Below the pieces are notes generated by a model. That model searched no databases, was not told the origin of the DNA, and saw nothing but the letters and a program-made list of their open reading frames with translations. Positions 8,103 to 18,200 of a stretch of DNA of 64,000 nt are shown in pieces (within the stretch, counting starts at the first letter, position 1; the number at the start of each line of letters is the position of its first letter). The translations under genes and the position numbers were made by a program. The stretch is from a virus: positions 6,495-70,494 of the IMG/VR virus record IMGVR_UViG_3300046736_000061; one strand, given 5' to 3'.

Positions 8103-9483
8103 ACAATTTATCGGCACACGTAATCCTCTCGGAAATACCATTGATAAAATGACTTTGCTTCGGCAGTCAAACGTCGATTTTATTCCTCTCGGCACAAATC
8201 GCACTATTCGTACCTCTCCACTTGTTGAAGATTCCACAATCAACTACAAAGAAGCATATGCAGAAGCGGCGGCTATCTATTTGCTTAACCCACTTGCTTT
8301 TTCTGCTACAAGTTTAATTGCTGATTCAATTGCAGACGCTAGGGTGATTGTTGAAGAAAAGAATGGCACTATTTGGGAAGAACATACAGAAAATCCACTT
8401 GACTATTGGATAAATGAAACAGAGCCGAATCAGTCAATGGATATTTATGAACTACTTCGTGCTTATATGACGCATTTTCATACGTTTGGAAAAGTTCATA
8501 TAGTAATGTTCCAGAAAAACGAAGTCTTACCTAATGGAAAATTAAGCACTCGTAATAATTGTTTTGACATTATCTATCCCGGTCGAATGGCCGAAGATAC
8601 TATAAATAATCCTTATGGCTCTAATTGGTATTTTAATCCTGTGGGCACAGAAGATATTTATCCAATAAATGCTACAGGACATTTTATGGATGTTTGGTAT
8701 AATCCTATTGCACATTCCACAGGCGTATCGCTTCCAATGAATCCTTTGCGTGATACATTCATTCTGTATAAGTTATATATTAATCAGATAAAAGGGTTTT
8801 TCTATAATGATGCCACTCCCTCTCATGTTTTAACTCGCGTAGTAGACCAGAATAAAGAAGCAATGGCTAACTCTATTAACGATGTTGATATAGATAGAGC
8901 CGTTCAAAGAATACAAGCACAAGTTGGCCGACGAGGTAAAAATCCAAACGGTATTTTAGGACTTCGTGGCGATTGGCGGCTAACGCAAATGGGTAGTAAG
9001 TTGCCCGAACTTGTTATGGCTGAATTATTTCAGTTAATGCAAGCTGATGTATCGGGTGTTTATAAAATTCCTGCTTCTTTATTTTGGGCGGGTATGGTTG
9101 CGGGTGGTCAACGTGCTTCTAGGGCACAAGATTCTATTGATTTTTATTCACAGAAAATAGAGCCACTTCAAACTAGGGTTATTAAAAGACTTGGTAAATT
9201 TCTTGTGCCTTTATTCATTAAAAATACAAAATCAAAGTTTCGTCTTAATTTTGATCGTAGTGAAATGGCGCTTGCTCAATATGCTCGTAATAAAGATGCG
9301 GCAATGTACGAGCGATGGTGGAAGGAAACTATTATTCCAAGACGCACAATTTTGAATTATTTGAATGAATCTACGCAAGGATTTACCGAAGAAGAATTAA
9401 ATTCTTTATATACCGCAGGAAATAATCAAGACTTAAATGGTGCGAGTCCGAGACAATTAGAGACGATGAACGGTAACGTATAA
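8008..9483 (+). CDS. Portal protein
   Basis: 491 aa after terminase; IADSIA, EPNQSM, FFYNDATPS, YKIPASL, IEPL motifs of HK97-type portals. Confidence 0.88.
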   Translation: MNFLQPYTAIDENEYLSDEKTQNVKALQLNPKQFIGTRNPLGNTIDKMTLLRQSNVDFIPLGTNRTIRTSPLVEDSTINYKEAYAEAAAIYLLNPLAFSATSLIADSIADARVIVEEKNGTIWEEHTENPLDYWINETEPNQSMDIYELLRAYMTHFHTFGKVHIVMFQKNEVLPNGKLSTRNNCFDIIYPGRMAEDTINNPYGSNWYFNPVGTEDIYPINATGHFMDVWYNPIAHSTGVSLPMNPLRDTFILYKLYINQIKGFFYNDATPSHVLTRVVDQNKEAMANSINDVDIDRAVQRIQAQVGRRGKNPNGILGLRGDWRLTQMGSKLPELVMAELFQLMQADVSGVYKIPASLFWAGMVAGGQRASRAQDSIDFYSQKIEPLQTRVIKRLGKFLVPLFIKNTKSKFRLNFDRSEMALAQYARNKDAAMYERWWKETIIPRRTILNYLNESTQGFTEEELNSLYTAGNNQDLNGASPRQLETMNGNV

Positions 9484-9589
9484 AATAAATTTAAAAACTT
9501 GACTTTTATTTTTTTATAGTGTATTTTATAGATTGTCCTGTATTTTATTCCTTCATTCCAAATAGACATAATGTCTAGTTAAAACGCTT

Positions 9590-10354
9590 ATGTTATATAA
9601 AATAGTTGAAAGCGATGCCGGTGCAGTTAAGTCTGTGAAGACTCGCATGATTGAAGCAACAGGCATCCTCTTTGGCTCACCTGACCAGAAAGATTCTGAT
9701 GGAGATTTTTTTCACACCGACACTGAAACAGGAATGGTTAACGGAGCGCAACGCCCGTTTATGATTCAACATGGATGGTCTTCTGTTTACGGTAAGAATA
9801 AATTAGCCGATGCAATTTTTGAGCAAAACGGTGACGGTTGGATTTATTCCGCTACCTTTCTTGACACTCCGCTTGGCAATCAGGCATTTGCAGAGGTAAC
9901 CTCCAGACCTTACAGGTCATCTTCGGGTGCGGCAGGACATACAGTAACAACCACTCGCGTTAAAAATGCCAACCAGATAGAAACTTGGATGGTTGCTGAA
10001 ATCTCTGGTACGCAAACTCCAGCAGACCCGAACAATCCTTATATTCAACAAAAAACCAAAAGTGATTATATGGCTCAAGCCATTTATGAAATGTTCGATG
10101 GTAATAAAATTTTCCTTACCGACCTTGTTAATCAATCTAAAGAATTTCAAAAATCCCTTATTGAACAAATCAACTCTGTGCTGAGAGGTGAGAACGCCAG
10201 TCGCGAAGCACTTGCTCAAAAATTACTTGACCTTAAAAACGGTTTTACTTCGGGCGAGAAGTTTCAAATAACCGACGAATGGAAATCTTCATTCGACGCG
10301 GACTTTGAAGATGTCGTCAAACCTATAGAACTAATCAAATTGCAGTTAAACTAG
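9590..10354 (+). CDS. Prohead maturation protease (putative)
   Basis: Between portal and capsid; DSDGDFF, QHG, SSSG, EISGTQTPADP. Confidence 0.75.
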   Translation: MLYKIVESDAGAVKSVKTRMIEATGILFGSPDQKDSDGDFFHTDTETGMVNGAQRPFMIQHGWSSVYGKNKLADAIFEQNGDGWIYSATFLDTPLGNQAFAEVTSRPYRSSSGAAGHTVTTTRVKNANQIETWMVAEISGTQTPADPNNPYIQQKTKSDYMAQAIYEMFDGNKIFLTDLVNQSKEFQKSLIEQINSVLRGENASREALAQKLLDLKNGFTSGEKFQITDEWKSSFDADFEDVVKPIELIKLQLN

Positions 10355-10401
10355 ACATAAAATGACTAGACATTATGTCTAGCTAACGAGAGGAAAACAA
10401 T

Positions 10402-12042
10402 ATGAAAATTGGCGAAATGCTTAAAGCATTAAAAGAAAAAAGAAACGCTCTGGCAACAGAGTTGAACACAGAAGGTTTGGCGATTCAAGAAAAACGTGCC
10501 AGTCTAGAAGCCGAATATAAAGGTAAAGAAACTGAACAGGTTTTTATTGATGGAATGGTTGAATTGAACGCACGTAAGGAAGTTCAAAAAACTAAACGGG
10601 CAGAAGTTCTTGCGTTAGACGAAGAAATTGAAGCATGTATTCCTATCAAAATGCTAGAGTCCGCGGGGGTTAGCGAAGAAGACCTTGCTAAAGCGGCGGC
10701 ACTAGCAGTTACTTCGGGCAATGGTCAAGTGCCTTATAGACAAAATAACCGCACCGCACCTACAGGTGGCAATGCTTTGGGTTATCGATTTGGTGAGCAG
10801 TTCCAGAAATTTCTTGCACATACCGATTTAATTGGCGCAGAGAAAGTGAGAAACCTCGGTGGCCCGGTTTTCAAAAGTAAAAATGGTGGCAATTTTCATA
10901 GTGCGGCATCTTTTCATGGTATTTTAGGAAATGGAGTTTCTGAAATTGACGAAGTTGGTGATGACCTCGGACTTGAATTAGGAAAACATTCAGAGGTTCA
11001 AAAAACTCTAAAAGATCGCAGGGCGGCAAGTGTAGTTAACGCTACAAAGTCGATGTTTACACAGCATCCTATAGCCGGTGGTGACGGTTCGTTGTTTTCT
11101 CCAGAAAGTGTTTTTCCTGGCAACACTGGTGGCTTGTGTGAATTTATTATTGATAACGACATGCCCTTATGGCCATATCCGCCTTCATGCTTTATGGACT
11201 GTTTGCCTGTCCGTAGGATAGCAAAGTCGTATGTATTGTTTGCGCGTCAAACTCTGCGTATTAATAATGCTTCGGCAGTTGGCGAATCGTTGCAATTAGC
11301 GGCGGGAACTGAACCAGAAAGCAGAACGACGGATGATGCGATTGATTTTCGCGTTTTGAAACCGGAATCGCAATTTGGTTTCAGTCAAGCGAAAGCGTGG
11401 ACTGTTACCTATGCTGATACGCTTCCCGTGTCGGAAGAGTTTCTTGAAGACTGTCCGACCGTTGCAGACGCGGTTGAAACTCAACTGATGGAAAATGTTC
11501 GTCAAGAATTTTACCGTCAAGTTTTGCTTGGCGATGGTTCAGAAGGTGCTTATCCGGAAATTACTGGCCTACTTGCACAGGTTGGCTTGTCTACTCGTAT
11601 TCACAGAGGCGCGGCTTCGTATATGGGTAACACCACTCCTACAGGTGACGTTGCTGACAATATGCGTGAAACGATCGTTCGTGCAATTTTTGACGCAGAA
11701 GCATATGGTTATGAAGTTGATTGTATCATTATGAATCACGATGATTATACAACGATGGAATTTCTGAAAGACGAAATGGGTAAACCTCTCTATACGGAAG
11801 CAGAGAAAAATACTATTAAAGGCGCGAAGGTTTGCAAAGATGTTCGTATGCCAGCAGGTACAGCATTAGTTGGAGCGTTCCGTCAAGTTGTGCAGGTACT
11901 TATTCGTCGTGCTATTCGTCTTGATATTGGATGGATTGATAAGCAATTTGCACAGGATATGCTTACCCTTCGCGCTTCGATGCGTGGCGGCTTGCTTGTA
12001 AAAGTTCCTCACGCGCTTGTTCGCATTACTCAACTTGCTTAA
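10402..12042 (+). CDS. Major capsid protein, HK97 fold with N-terminal scaffold domain
   Basis: Coiled-coil N-terminus; VGE...KPES, VSEEFLED, LLGDG, IMNHDD...KDEMGK, FAQDMLTLRASMR. Confidence 0.92.
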   Translation: MKIGEMLKALKEKRNALATELNTEGLAIQEKRASLEAEYKGKETEQVFIDGMVELNARKEVQKTKRAEVLALDEEIEACIPIKMLESAGVSEEDLAKAAALAVTSGNGQVPYRQNNRTAPTGGNALGYRFGEQFQKFLAHTDLIGAEKVRNLGGPVFKSKNGGNFHSAASFHGILGNGVSEIDEVGDDLGLELGKHSEVQKTLKDRRAASVVNATKSMFTQHPIAGGDGSLFSPESVFPGNTGGLCEFIIDNDMPLWPYPPSCFMDCLPVRRIAKSYVLFARQTLRINNASAVGESLQLAAGTEPESRTTDDAIDFRVLKPESQFGFSQAKAWTVTYADTLPVSEEFLEDCPTVADAVETQLMENVRQEFYRQVLLGDGSEGAYPEITGLLAQVGLSTRIHRGAASYMGNTTPTGDVADNMRETIVRAIFDAEAYGYEVDCIIMNHDDYTTMEFLKDEMGKPLYTEAEKNTIKGAKVCKDVRMPAGTALVGAFRQVVQVLIRRAIRLDIGWIDKQFAQDMLTLRASMRGGLLVKVPHALVRITQLA

Positions 12043-12057
12043 TTAAATCAAAACAAA

Positions 12058-12082
12058 GGGGCGGTGAAATTCCGCTCCGTTA
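12058..12082 (+). terminator. Hairpin after capsid gene
   Basis: GGGGCGG-TGAAATT-CCGCTCC; weak U tract. Confidence 0.4.
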
Positions 12083-12106
12083 AATAACTGGACATAATGT
12101 CTAGCT

Positions 12107-12126
12107 AAAACAGACTCTAAAGAGTC
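12107..12126 (+). repeat. Second motif, copy 1: AACA-GACTCT-AA-AGAGTC
   Basis: Abuts palindrome copy 12096; stem identical to copy at 25541. Confidence 0.75.
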
Positions 12127-12145
12127 AAAAGGAGATAATTTCAAA

Positions 12146-12550
12146 ATGGCTAGGAAGAGTGGTAAATTAATTGAGAATAGCGAATCCGCTATTATATCAG
12201 AAGCACACGCGGCGAACAATCCGAATATGACTCGTATTATAGAGGCGATGTCACATAACTTTAAAGCGGGTTCGGGCAGTAACAGTTTGGAACGTACAGC
12301 GGTGATTCCTAATCCGCGTGACGTGTACGAAGTGAAAGATGGTAGAGTGGTTTTGATAGCTATGGCAGGTTGGGCTGTTTCGATTGAAGAAAAAGCAGAA
12401 ATTGATCGCATATTAGCAGACCCAATTCAGAAGGAAAACAACGAGAAGATTTGGGCTAGTCAAGACGAACTTGGAATTAAATCACGCAAGGCAACCGTAG
12501 GTTATAAGGAAGTTAAAGTTTTAAATCAGCCTAACGAAGACGACGATTAA
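12146..12550 (+). CDS. Hypothetical protein in head module
   Basis: AAGGAG RBS, 134 aa. Confidence 0.7.
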   Translation: MARKSGKLIENSESAIISEAHAANNPNMTRIIEAMSHNFKAGSGSNSLERTAVIPNPRDVYEVKDGRVVLIAMAGWAVSIEEKAEIDRILADPIQKENNEKIWASQDELGIKSRKATVGYKEVKVLNQPNEDDD

Positions 12551-12555
12551 CAACT

Positions 12556-13164
12556 ATGATTTCTTATGCTAAGACAACAGATTGTATTGATGTTATTCCA
12601 AGTTTTGCAGAAGTCGTTGAAGGCTCTCCCGAACTGGAAGCAACCTTAGCACAAAAACTACTTGACGCATCACGGTTATTTGAAACAGAAGTTTTGGTTG
12701 GTGTTGATTACTTTGCAAAAGCAAGCGACGAATTTACTACAAAACGTTTTTACGGTGACGGTACGCAGTATTTAAGATTCCTCCCGTTCACAGAAATTGA
12801 AGAAATTTTAGATGCAGAAGGTGAGGTAATCGACAATTCAGAAGATGATGTGTACCGAGTTGATTTTGATACATACACTTTAAAATGGCTTGCCACTTCT
12901 AGTTTTTGCCGAAGTATGCTATCCTTAGATTATGTAGACGTATCTGCCAAATGGGGTTTTGCTTGTATTCCAGAAGATGTGAAATTGGCCGTTAAATATA
13001 TGGGGTGTATGTTGTTTTTGGCAACCCCACAAGCGAGAAGCGGTTTACAGTTTACAGGTGATGCGGAAACACAGATTAGCAGTTTACGAACTAATTTTAA
13101 TCGCATAGCCGATCAGTGGAGAGCAAGGAATCATCATTTGCAATTGGGAATAGGAGCAGGATAG
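12556..13164 (+). CDS. Head-tail connector/adaptor protein
   Basis: YAKTTD...LLDASRLFE...FYGDG...WGFACIPEDVKLAV pattern; position after capsid. Confidence 0.75.
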   Translation: MISYAKTTDCIDVIPSFAEVVEGSPELEATLAQKLLDASRLFETEVLVGVDYFAKASDEFTTKRFYGDGTQYLRFLPFTEIEEILDAEGEVIDNSEDDVYRVDFDTYTLKWLATSSFCRSMLSLDYVDVSAKWGFACIPEDVKLAVKYMGCMLFLATPQARSGLQFTGDAETQISSLRTNFNRIADQWRARNHHLQLGIGAG

Positions 13165-13166
13165 AT

Positions 13167-13385
13167 ATGGAAGCGGAACAAGTACAATTAATCGCAAGTG
13201 ACCCAATTTTGACATATTTTGAATATGAACATTTACCACCAAAATTGCAAAAAATCAGTAAAGAATTTCACTCTATGGCTTGGGATGTGATTATTGCGAA
13301 TATTCCAAGAAGCCCCGAGCGTACCGTAGCTTTACGTAAATTATTAGAATCAAAAGACGCGGCAGTTAGAGCCTCATTAGAATAA
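13167..13385 (+). CDS. Small helical-hairpin protein, possibly Acb2/Tad1-like
   Basis: FEYEHLPPKLQKISKEF...PERTVALRKLLESKDAAVRA. Confidence 0.55.
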   Translation: MEAEQVQLIASDPILTYFEYEHLPPKLQKISKEFHSMAWDVIIANIPRSPERTVALRKLLESKDAAVRASLE

Positions 13386-13871
13386 ATGAATTTCATAATG
13401 TCCTCACCTACGTTTGACGATTATCAGGATAAAATCCGAAGTCAACAAACGCAATTGTTAAGCACTAAGTTAGCAATGGAGACGTTATTAACAGCAGAGC
13501 GAGAAGATGTTGATAAACAGTTTGATGAAAAGCAAGGAAGCTGGAAACAGTTAGCGCCTTATACTGTTGCGAAAAAAGAAGAGGCTAATGCTGATCCTCG
13601 CACTCTGCACGAAACGAGAGCAGGTTCTGGTTTACGATTAAGGGATGCATATAAACAAACAGGCCACGTTGAAGAAGACGGAACTTTAGTATTTGATTAT
13701 CCAGTTGAAAAGCCTTATGCTCAAGACCATCAAGAAGGCGTTGTAGGCGAACCTTCTAAAACTGAAAAACGTTTTGATAAACCTAAGAAGTTAAAGAAAA
13801 GACGTAAGAGTATAGTTGAACAACGTAACGATAAATTAGATAGAGAATACGAAGATAGGTTTTTTAGGTAG
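13386..13871 (+). CDS. Virion morphogenesis/tail completion protein (Mu gpG-like)
   Basis: WKQLAPYTVAKK...TLHET...LR...YAQDHQEG. Confidence 0.65.
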   Translation: MNFIMSSPTFDDYQDKIRSQQTQLLSTKLAMETLLTAEREDVDKQFDEKQGSWKQLAPYTVAKKEEANADPRTLHETRAGSGLRLRDAYKQTGHVEEDGTLVFDYPVEKPYAQDHQEGVVGEPSKTEKRFDKPKKLKKRRKSIVEQRNDKLDREYEDRFFR

Positions 13872-13876
13872 ACATT

Positions 13877-14068
13877 ATGTCCAGTCAATTACAAGCACAA
13901 TTAGAACGACTATATAAACTTGAGGTAAACGTAACACTATCTTCCGATTGGGATAATCAATGGACGGTTTCGCTTGGTAATAAGTTAAATCCCGCCACAG
14001 AAACAAGCGGCCTAACCCTTGACGAAGTAGTAGAATGGCTATCGACAAAACATTTGAATAATGCCTAA
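13877..14068 (+). CDS. Hypothetical protein starting inside the palindrome
   Basis: ATG TCC AGT CAA is the right arm of copy 13876. Confidence 0.6.
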   Translation: MSSQLQAQLERLYKLEVNVTLSSDWDNQWTVSLGNKLNPATETSGLTLDEVVEWLSTKHLNNA

Positions 14069-14249
14069 TTTACCAAAAAGACCATTAGATTTCGCAAGGG
14101 TAGCCAAGTCCGAGAAAGGTGGACAGATTATATCGAGCGTTCAATTGACGCAATGGAGTAGAATTTTTGGATGGACGTATCAGCCCCCGACATCTGTGGC
14201 CTCTCTGTTATCGAAGGATGCGGCGAACAAATCGAAATCGAAGAAATAA
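14061..14249 (+). CDS. Hypothetical protein, possible detached C-terminus of morphogenesis protein
   Basis: Begins MPNLPKRPLDF; overlaps previous stop. Confidence 0.45.
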   Translation: MPNLPKRPLDFARVAKSEKGGQIISSVQLTQWSRIFGWTYQPPTSVASLLSKDAANKSKSKK

Positions 14250-14620
14250 AAATTCTTCTTTTTCAACAGAAGTTAATACTTCAATTTGAAGAGATTCTAG
14301 GGAAAATTAAAGAGCCGAAAATTATTACAGGATTTTTAGAAACTCCAACGGTATCGAATTTGACAGTGACGTTTCGGCCAGATACGATTGATGACATTCA
14401 TTTTGATATGAGCAAGAAACGAATTTCATTAAATCTTATTTTACAAACTGCCGAGACGATGATTAAACCGGCTTTTGAACAAGTGAATGGATTGGCTAAA
14501 GTTTGTATAAATATCGTTAGAGTATTGCAATTACGATACGGATTTATTTATAAAGTACGCTATACTTTAACTAATAACAACCAGATTATTTTAAATCTGA
14601 ATATAGAAACAAGCGTTTAA
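14171..14620 (+). CDS. Putative tail terminator/completion protein
   Basis: 149 aa; position before major tail gene. Confidence 0.45.
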   Translation: MDVSAPDICGLSVIEGCGEQIEIEEIKILLFQQKLILQFEEILGKIKEPKIITGFLETPTVSNLTVTFRPDTIDDIHFDMSKKRISLNLILQTAETMIKPAFEQVNGLAKVCINIVRVLQLRYGFIYKVRYTLTNNNQIILNLNIETSV

Positions 14621-14621
14621 A

Positions 14622-15071
14622 ATGAATTTTATAGAATTAACTGCCGCAGAATTACAAAAAGTCCAAGATTTGAAAGACTCCTTTCTTATAGTAGAGTCTC
14701 AAGTTTATGGGCAAGTTTCTGATTTTAGATACCATATCGCATTTGGTGAAAATCTCGTAGAAGAATTTGAGAAGCGCGAGATTGGACGTGTCATTAAAGA
14801 TAGTGGTCGTACCATTGGCTACTGGCAAAACCTCGCCGGTAAAGGTGTTTATAAACCCAATCTTGTAAGTCTTCAAAACTATCCTGATAATGTATCGAAG
14901 ATTTTAAAGACTCGTGAAGAGGCTAGATTAACAGTTACGAGCAAGACGTGGGTAGAGATTATAGGTCTTTGTCCTTTTGATACTGAATTTAAAACAATGT
15001 TAGGTCTGAACGAAAAGACCGTTAAGGTAAGTCCGAAGCGTAAAACCGCTAAAAGCAAAACAGCAAAATAA
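14622..15071 (+). CDS. Hypothetical protein
   Basis: 149 aa, Lys-rich C-terminus. Confidence 0.65.
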   Translation: MNFIELTAAELQKVQDLKDSFLIVESQVYGQVSDFRYHIAFGENLVEEFEKREIGRVIKDSGRTIGYWQNLAGKGVYKPNLVSLQNYPDNVSKILKTREEARLTVTSKTWVEIIGLCPFDTEFKTMLGLNEKTVKVSPKRKTAKSKTAK

Positions 15072-15107
15072 CTGGACATAATGTCTACTTAGAGAGGAAA
15101 ATAAATT

Positions 15108-18089
15108 ATGGCAAACGAAGGAATCTTTTTAACTAAACCCGGTATTACGCTACCAGTCGTTACTGAAATGTCGCTGTCAGCTTGGCAGGGATATGGCTCT
15201 AACTTAACTCTTGCATTAATTAAAAACACAGATCACGAATTTAGTGTTTTTGAAGCATTTAAATTTCGTGCGGGTATTGTTGATAACGTAAATGCTAACG
15301 TTCTATTCAACAATAAAACGAATTACACACCTACTTATCTTACGGGTACAGGCTCACTCAATACCTCAACAGGCTTAATTACTCCGTCTTCTGTACCTCT
15401 TACAGTAGAAGAAAGCAATAAAGTTTTCCTGTCTGGTTCTAATCTGCAAGTTACGCAAATTGGAAACGATGATGAACTCACCTTGCGTATTGCGGCAATT
15501 AATGGCCTTTCGCACATTTTAGGTAATACCAAAACTGGCTTAGTTACTATTACTAAAGACGGAAGTTCGCCAACTACTGATGCAAATGCAGTATTACTTG
15601 CACAGGTTTATCACATCAATGTTGATGATGATGCGATTGAAGTTGTCGGCGCTACATTCGGTGTGCTTTATTCACAGGCGCGTACATATACAGCTAAAGT
15701 AACTTCAGGTGCTATTGGTGTGCTTGCATCTTCGGGTACTGCTACTGGTGATGCCACTCCTTTTGATACCACTGAAACTTTTGAATCTGCCGATTCGGTT
15801 GTCAATGGCGTGTTGACGGTTGAAAGTAATTTTGGTCAACTGACTACCTATACTGTTAAACTTGGCACTTCAATGCTTGCGGCAGAAGGTGCAGGGCCCG
15901 GTGGTGCTAATCTTATTGAATTTACGGCAGGACAGTCTGGAAGTCACGCCGTGACCGATGAACTTACAGGTGGTGTTGGTACTAAATCTTATAGTGTCAG
16001 TTCTGGCAGTCTTCCGTCTGGTATGAATCTTACTAGCGGTGGTGTTATTCAAGGCGTACCTGTAACTGATGGTGAAAGTTCGATTATTGTGTCTGTAACC
16101 GATGAATTTGGTACAACGCAATTCGTTGAATACGTGATTACTGTTAAACAATCGGCTAACGTTTCGTATAATCCTACCTCCGCAATTCGGGATGCGGCTT
16201 ATTCTTTCAATCCTAATTTTGAAGGAATAACCGCGGCAGAATTAACAGCAGGGGCGTTACCTACAGGCGTTTCTCTGAATGAAGATGACGGTTCGCTGTC
16301 GGGCACTCCCACAGCGGCGGGGACTTTTACGTTCACGTTGTTGTTAACGTTTGGCACAATTACTGAAACCGTTGAAGTTTCGATGGTAGTTTACGTTCCA
16401 ATGACTGCCGAACTCTTTACTAATGGTTCGTCTGATGGACTTTTAGAAAATAATGATAGTCCAGAGGTTCATTTATCTGATGCTATTCACGTTGAGGTTG
16501 GTAGCGGTTCGGGGCATTATCAATATAGCATTACAGGTGATAATACTATTGATAGTAATGGTAACGTGACTTTGTATCAATCAGGTACGGTACAAGTTAC
16601 TGTCACTGACTCTGTTACAGGTGAGCAGATTAGTTTCTCCTTCCTTGTCGCAGGGCAAGCAGATATTTGTGGTCTTGCAGTAGTTGAAGAAGCAACCGGG
16701 GATACTGTAAATGCGCCTTGTACGGATGTGATTACGGATTGCAATACTCCTGTTACGGTTGCGTTTAATTCCTTGCAGGTCTTGAAAGGTATTGAAGCCG
16801 GTGGTGTTCCTAGCAGGGAATACGTTAATTTTGTTAGAGAAGAAAGCGGGCTTGTTCAAAATAATGGTAAGGCGTTTACGTATTTTAAGACGACTTCTGC
16901 AAATGGTTTTGGTATTGCCGATAACTTACAAGACGGTAATCCTGCGTTAGTAGAGTTTGTGGTTAATTCTACTTTAGCAAACTCTCCGTGGAGTTTCTGG
17001 ATTGGGGTGGCTAATAGATATACCGGCGGGGGTGAGGACGCGCTTGACTACTCCTTAAAAATCAGCACAGTCGATGAGGTAAGAAGTGTTGAAATTTTAG
17101 ATAATGGACTCTATCAAGCAGGAAGTCGGTTTGCGATTCTGGAAGGACAACAGGTCGGAGTAGGCTTCTTTGGCGATAGTCTTTACCTTTATATTGACGG
17201 TATCAAGAAATTTACTTTGGCTTCTAACACTTTCCTTTGTAGCGGCTTGGAACTGGTATTTATTGGTGAGATTGCCAATATGTATATTGGTGGACGTGCT
17301 ACGAATTTGGAATGGGAAATTGAAACCGATGGAACTGCTGATGAAGTGGGGACGATCGACATTCAGACAGGTTTCTATACACCTTCTCGTAATAATGTCG
17401 GCGTAGTTACGGTTCTTGGACGAAACACTATGAACAACGAGGTTGTTTATAGAAGTCGAATCCGTGTAATTAAGGCCGCAATGAAAGAGAACCTTGAAAA
17501 AGCCTTGCTAATGGGCGTTCCGGTTAATGCTTGGATTTGTGATACAGAACGCTTTGATGATTTGGCGTTGCGTCTTGATTCAAAGGGACATCCTGATAGA
17601 AATCAAGTTTCGCATCCTGACTGGTTGGGTGATTTCTTGGGTTCAGGTAAAATTGAGCCGACCTTGACTAAAACGGCGTTTAATTCGGATGTGGGTAGTT
17701 TGGGAAGTAACTTGCGAATTGATATGTATACCTTTACGGGTTCTGCTATTGCTATTCGAAATTTCAATATTTTGAAGCGCGTCTTGCAGTTTGTAGTTGA
17801 GACTCAAGAACACAGCGCAAGAGTTTTGACGCAATATGCTACTGGATGCTTGAAACGGATTCGTTTAATTCTAGTATTTCGTTCGCCTGATTGTGGTGAC
17901 ATACCTACCTATGATGCGATTGAATTTGGAAACTGCATAAGCTATACTCCGTTTAATCCCGAAGTTGGTTCAACGGTACAAGCCGTATTGCCTTTAAGTA
18001 TTGAATGTTATCCTGATGCCGATGGTAGAATTTGGCGTTACTATCAATTTGATAAAGCGTGGAATCGAATTGCTTCGGGAACTCCGTAA
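15108..18089 (+). CDS. Major tail protein with Ig-like (He_PIG) domains (putative)
   Basis: Ig repeats SGSLPSGMNLTSGGVIQGVP and GALPTGVSLNEDDGSLSGTPTAAGTFTF; GAGAGG RBS; followed by terminator; upstream of chaperone and tape measure. Confidence 0.65.
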   Translation: MANEGIFLTKPGITLPVVTEMSLSAWQGYGSNLTLALIKNTDHEFSVFEAFKFRAGIVDNVNANVLFNNKTNYTPTYLTGTGSLNTSTGLITPSSVPLTVEESNKVFLSGSNLQVTQIGNDDELTLRIAAINGLSHILGNTKTGLVTITKDGSSPTTDANAVLLAQVYHINVDDDAIEVVGATFGVLYSQARTYTAKVTSGAIGVLASSGTATGDATPFDTTETFESADSVVNGVLTVESNFGQLTTYTVKLGTSMLAAEGAGPGGANLIEFTAGQSGSHAVTDELTGGVGTKSYSVSSGSLPSGMNLTSGGVIQGVPVTDGESSIIVSVTDEFGTTQFVEYVITVKQSANVSYNPTSAIRDAAYSFNPNFEGITAAELTAGALPTGVSLNEDDGSLSGTPTAAGTFTFTLLLTFGTITETVEVSMVVYVPMTAELFTNGSSDGLLENNDSPEVHLSDAIHVEVGSGSGHYQYSITGDNTIDSNGNVTLYQSGTVQVTVTDSVTGEQISFSFLVAGQADICGLAVVEEATGDTVNAPCTDVITDCNTPVTVAFNSLQVLKGIEAGGVPSREYVNFVREESGLVQNNGKAFTYFKTTSANGFGIADNLQDGNPALVEFVVNSTLANSPWSFWIGVANRYTGGGEDALDYSLKISTVDEVRSVEILDNGLYQAGSRFAILEGQQVGVGFFGDSLYLYIDGIKKFTLASNTFLCSGLELVFIGEIANMYIGGRATNLEWEIETDGTADEVGTIDIQTGFYTPSRNNVGVVTVLGRNTMNNEVVYRSRIRVIKAAMKENLEKALLMGVPVNAWICDTERFDDLALRLDSKGHPDRNQVSHPDWLGDFLGSGKIEPTLTKTAFNSDVGSLGSNLRIDMYTFTGSAIAIRNFNILKRVLQFVVETQEHSARVLTQYATGCLKRIRLILVFRSPDCGDIPTYDAIEFGNCISYTPFNPEVGSTVQAVLPLSIECYPDADGRIWRYYQFDKAWNRIASGTP

Positions 18090-18151
18090 TCGTAAGTAGA
18101 CATAATGTCTAGTTAAAAATCCACACGCGGGACTTCCCCGCTAAAACGGAA

Positions 18152-18183
18152 GGGAGAGTGAAACGCGTCACTCTCCCATTTTA
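18152..18183 (+). terminator. Intrinsic terminator
   Basis: GGGAGAGTGA-AACGCG-TCACTCTCCC-ATTTT. Confidence 0.75.
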
Positions 18184-18200
18184 AAATTTAGATTCTTTCA

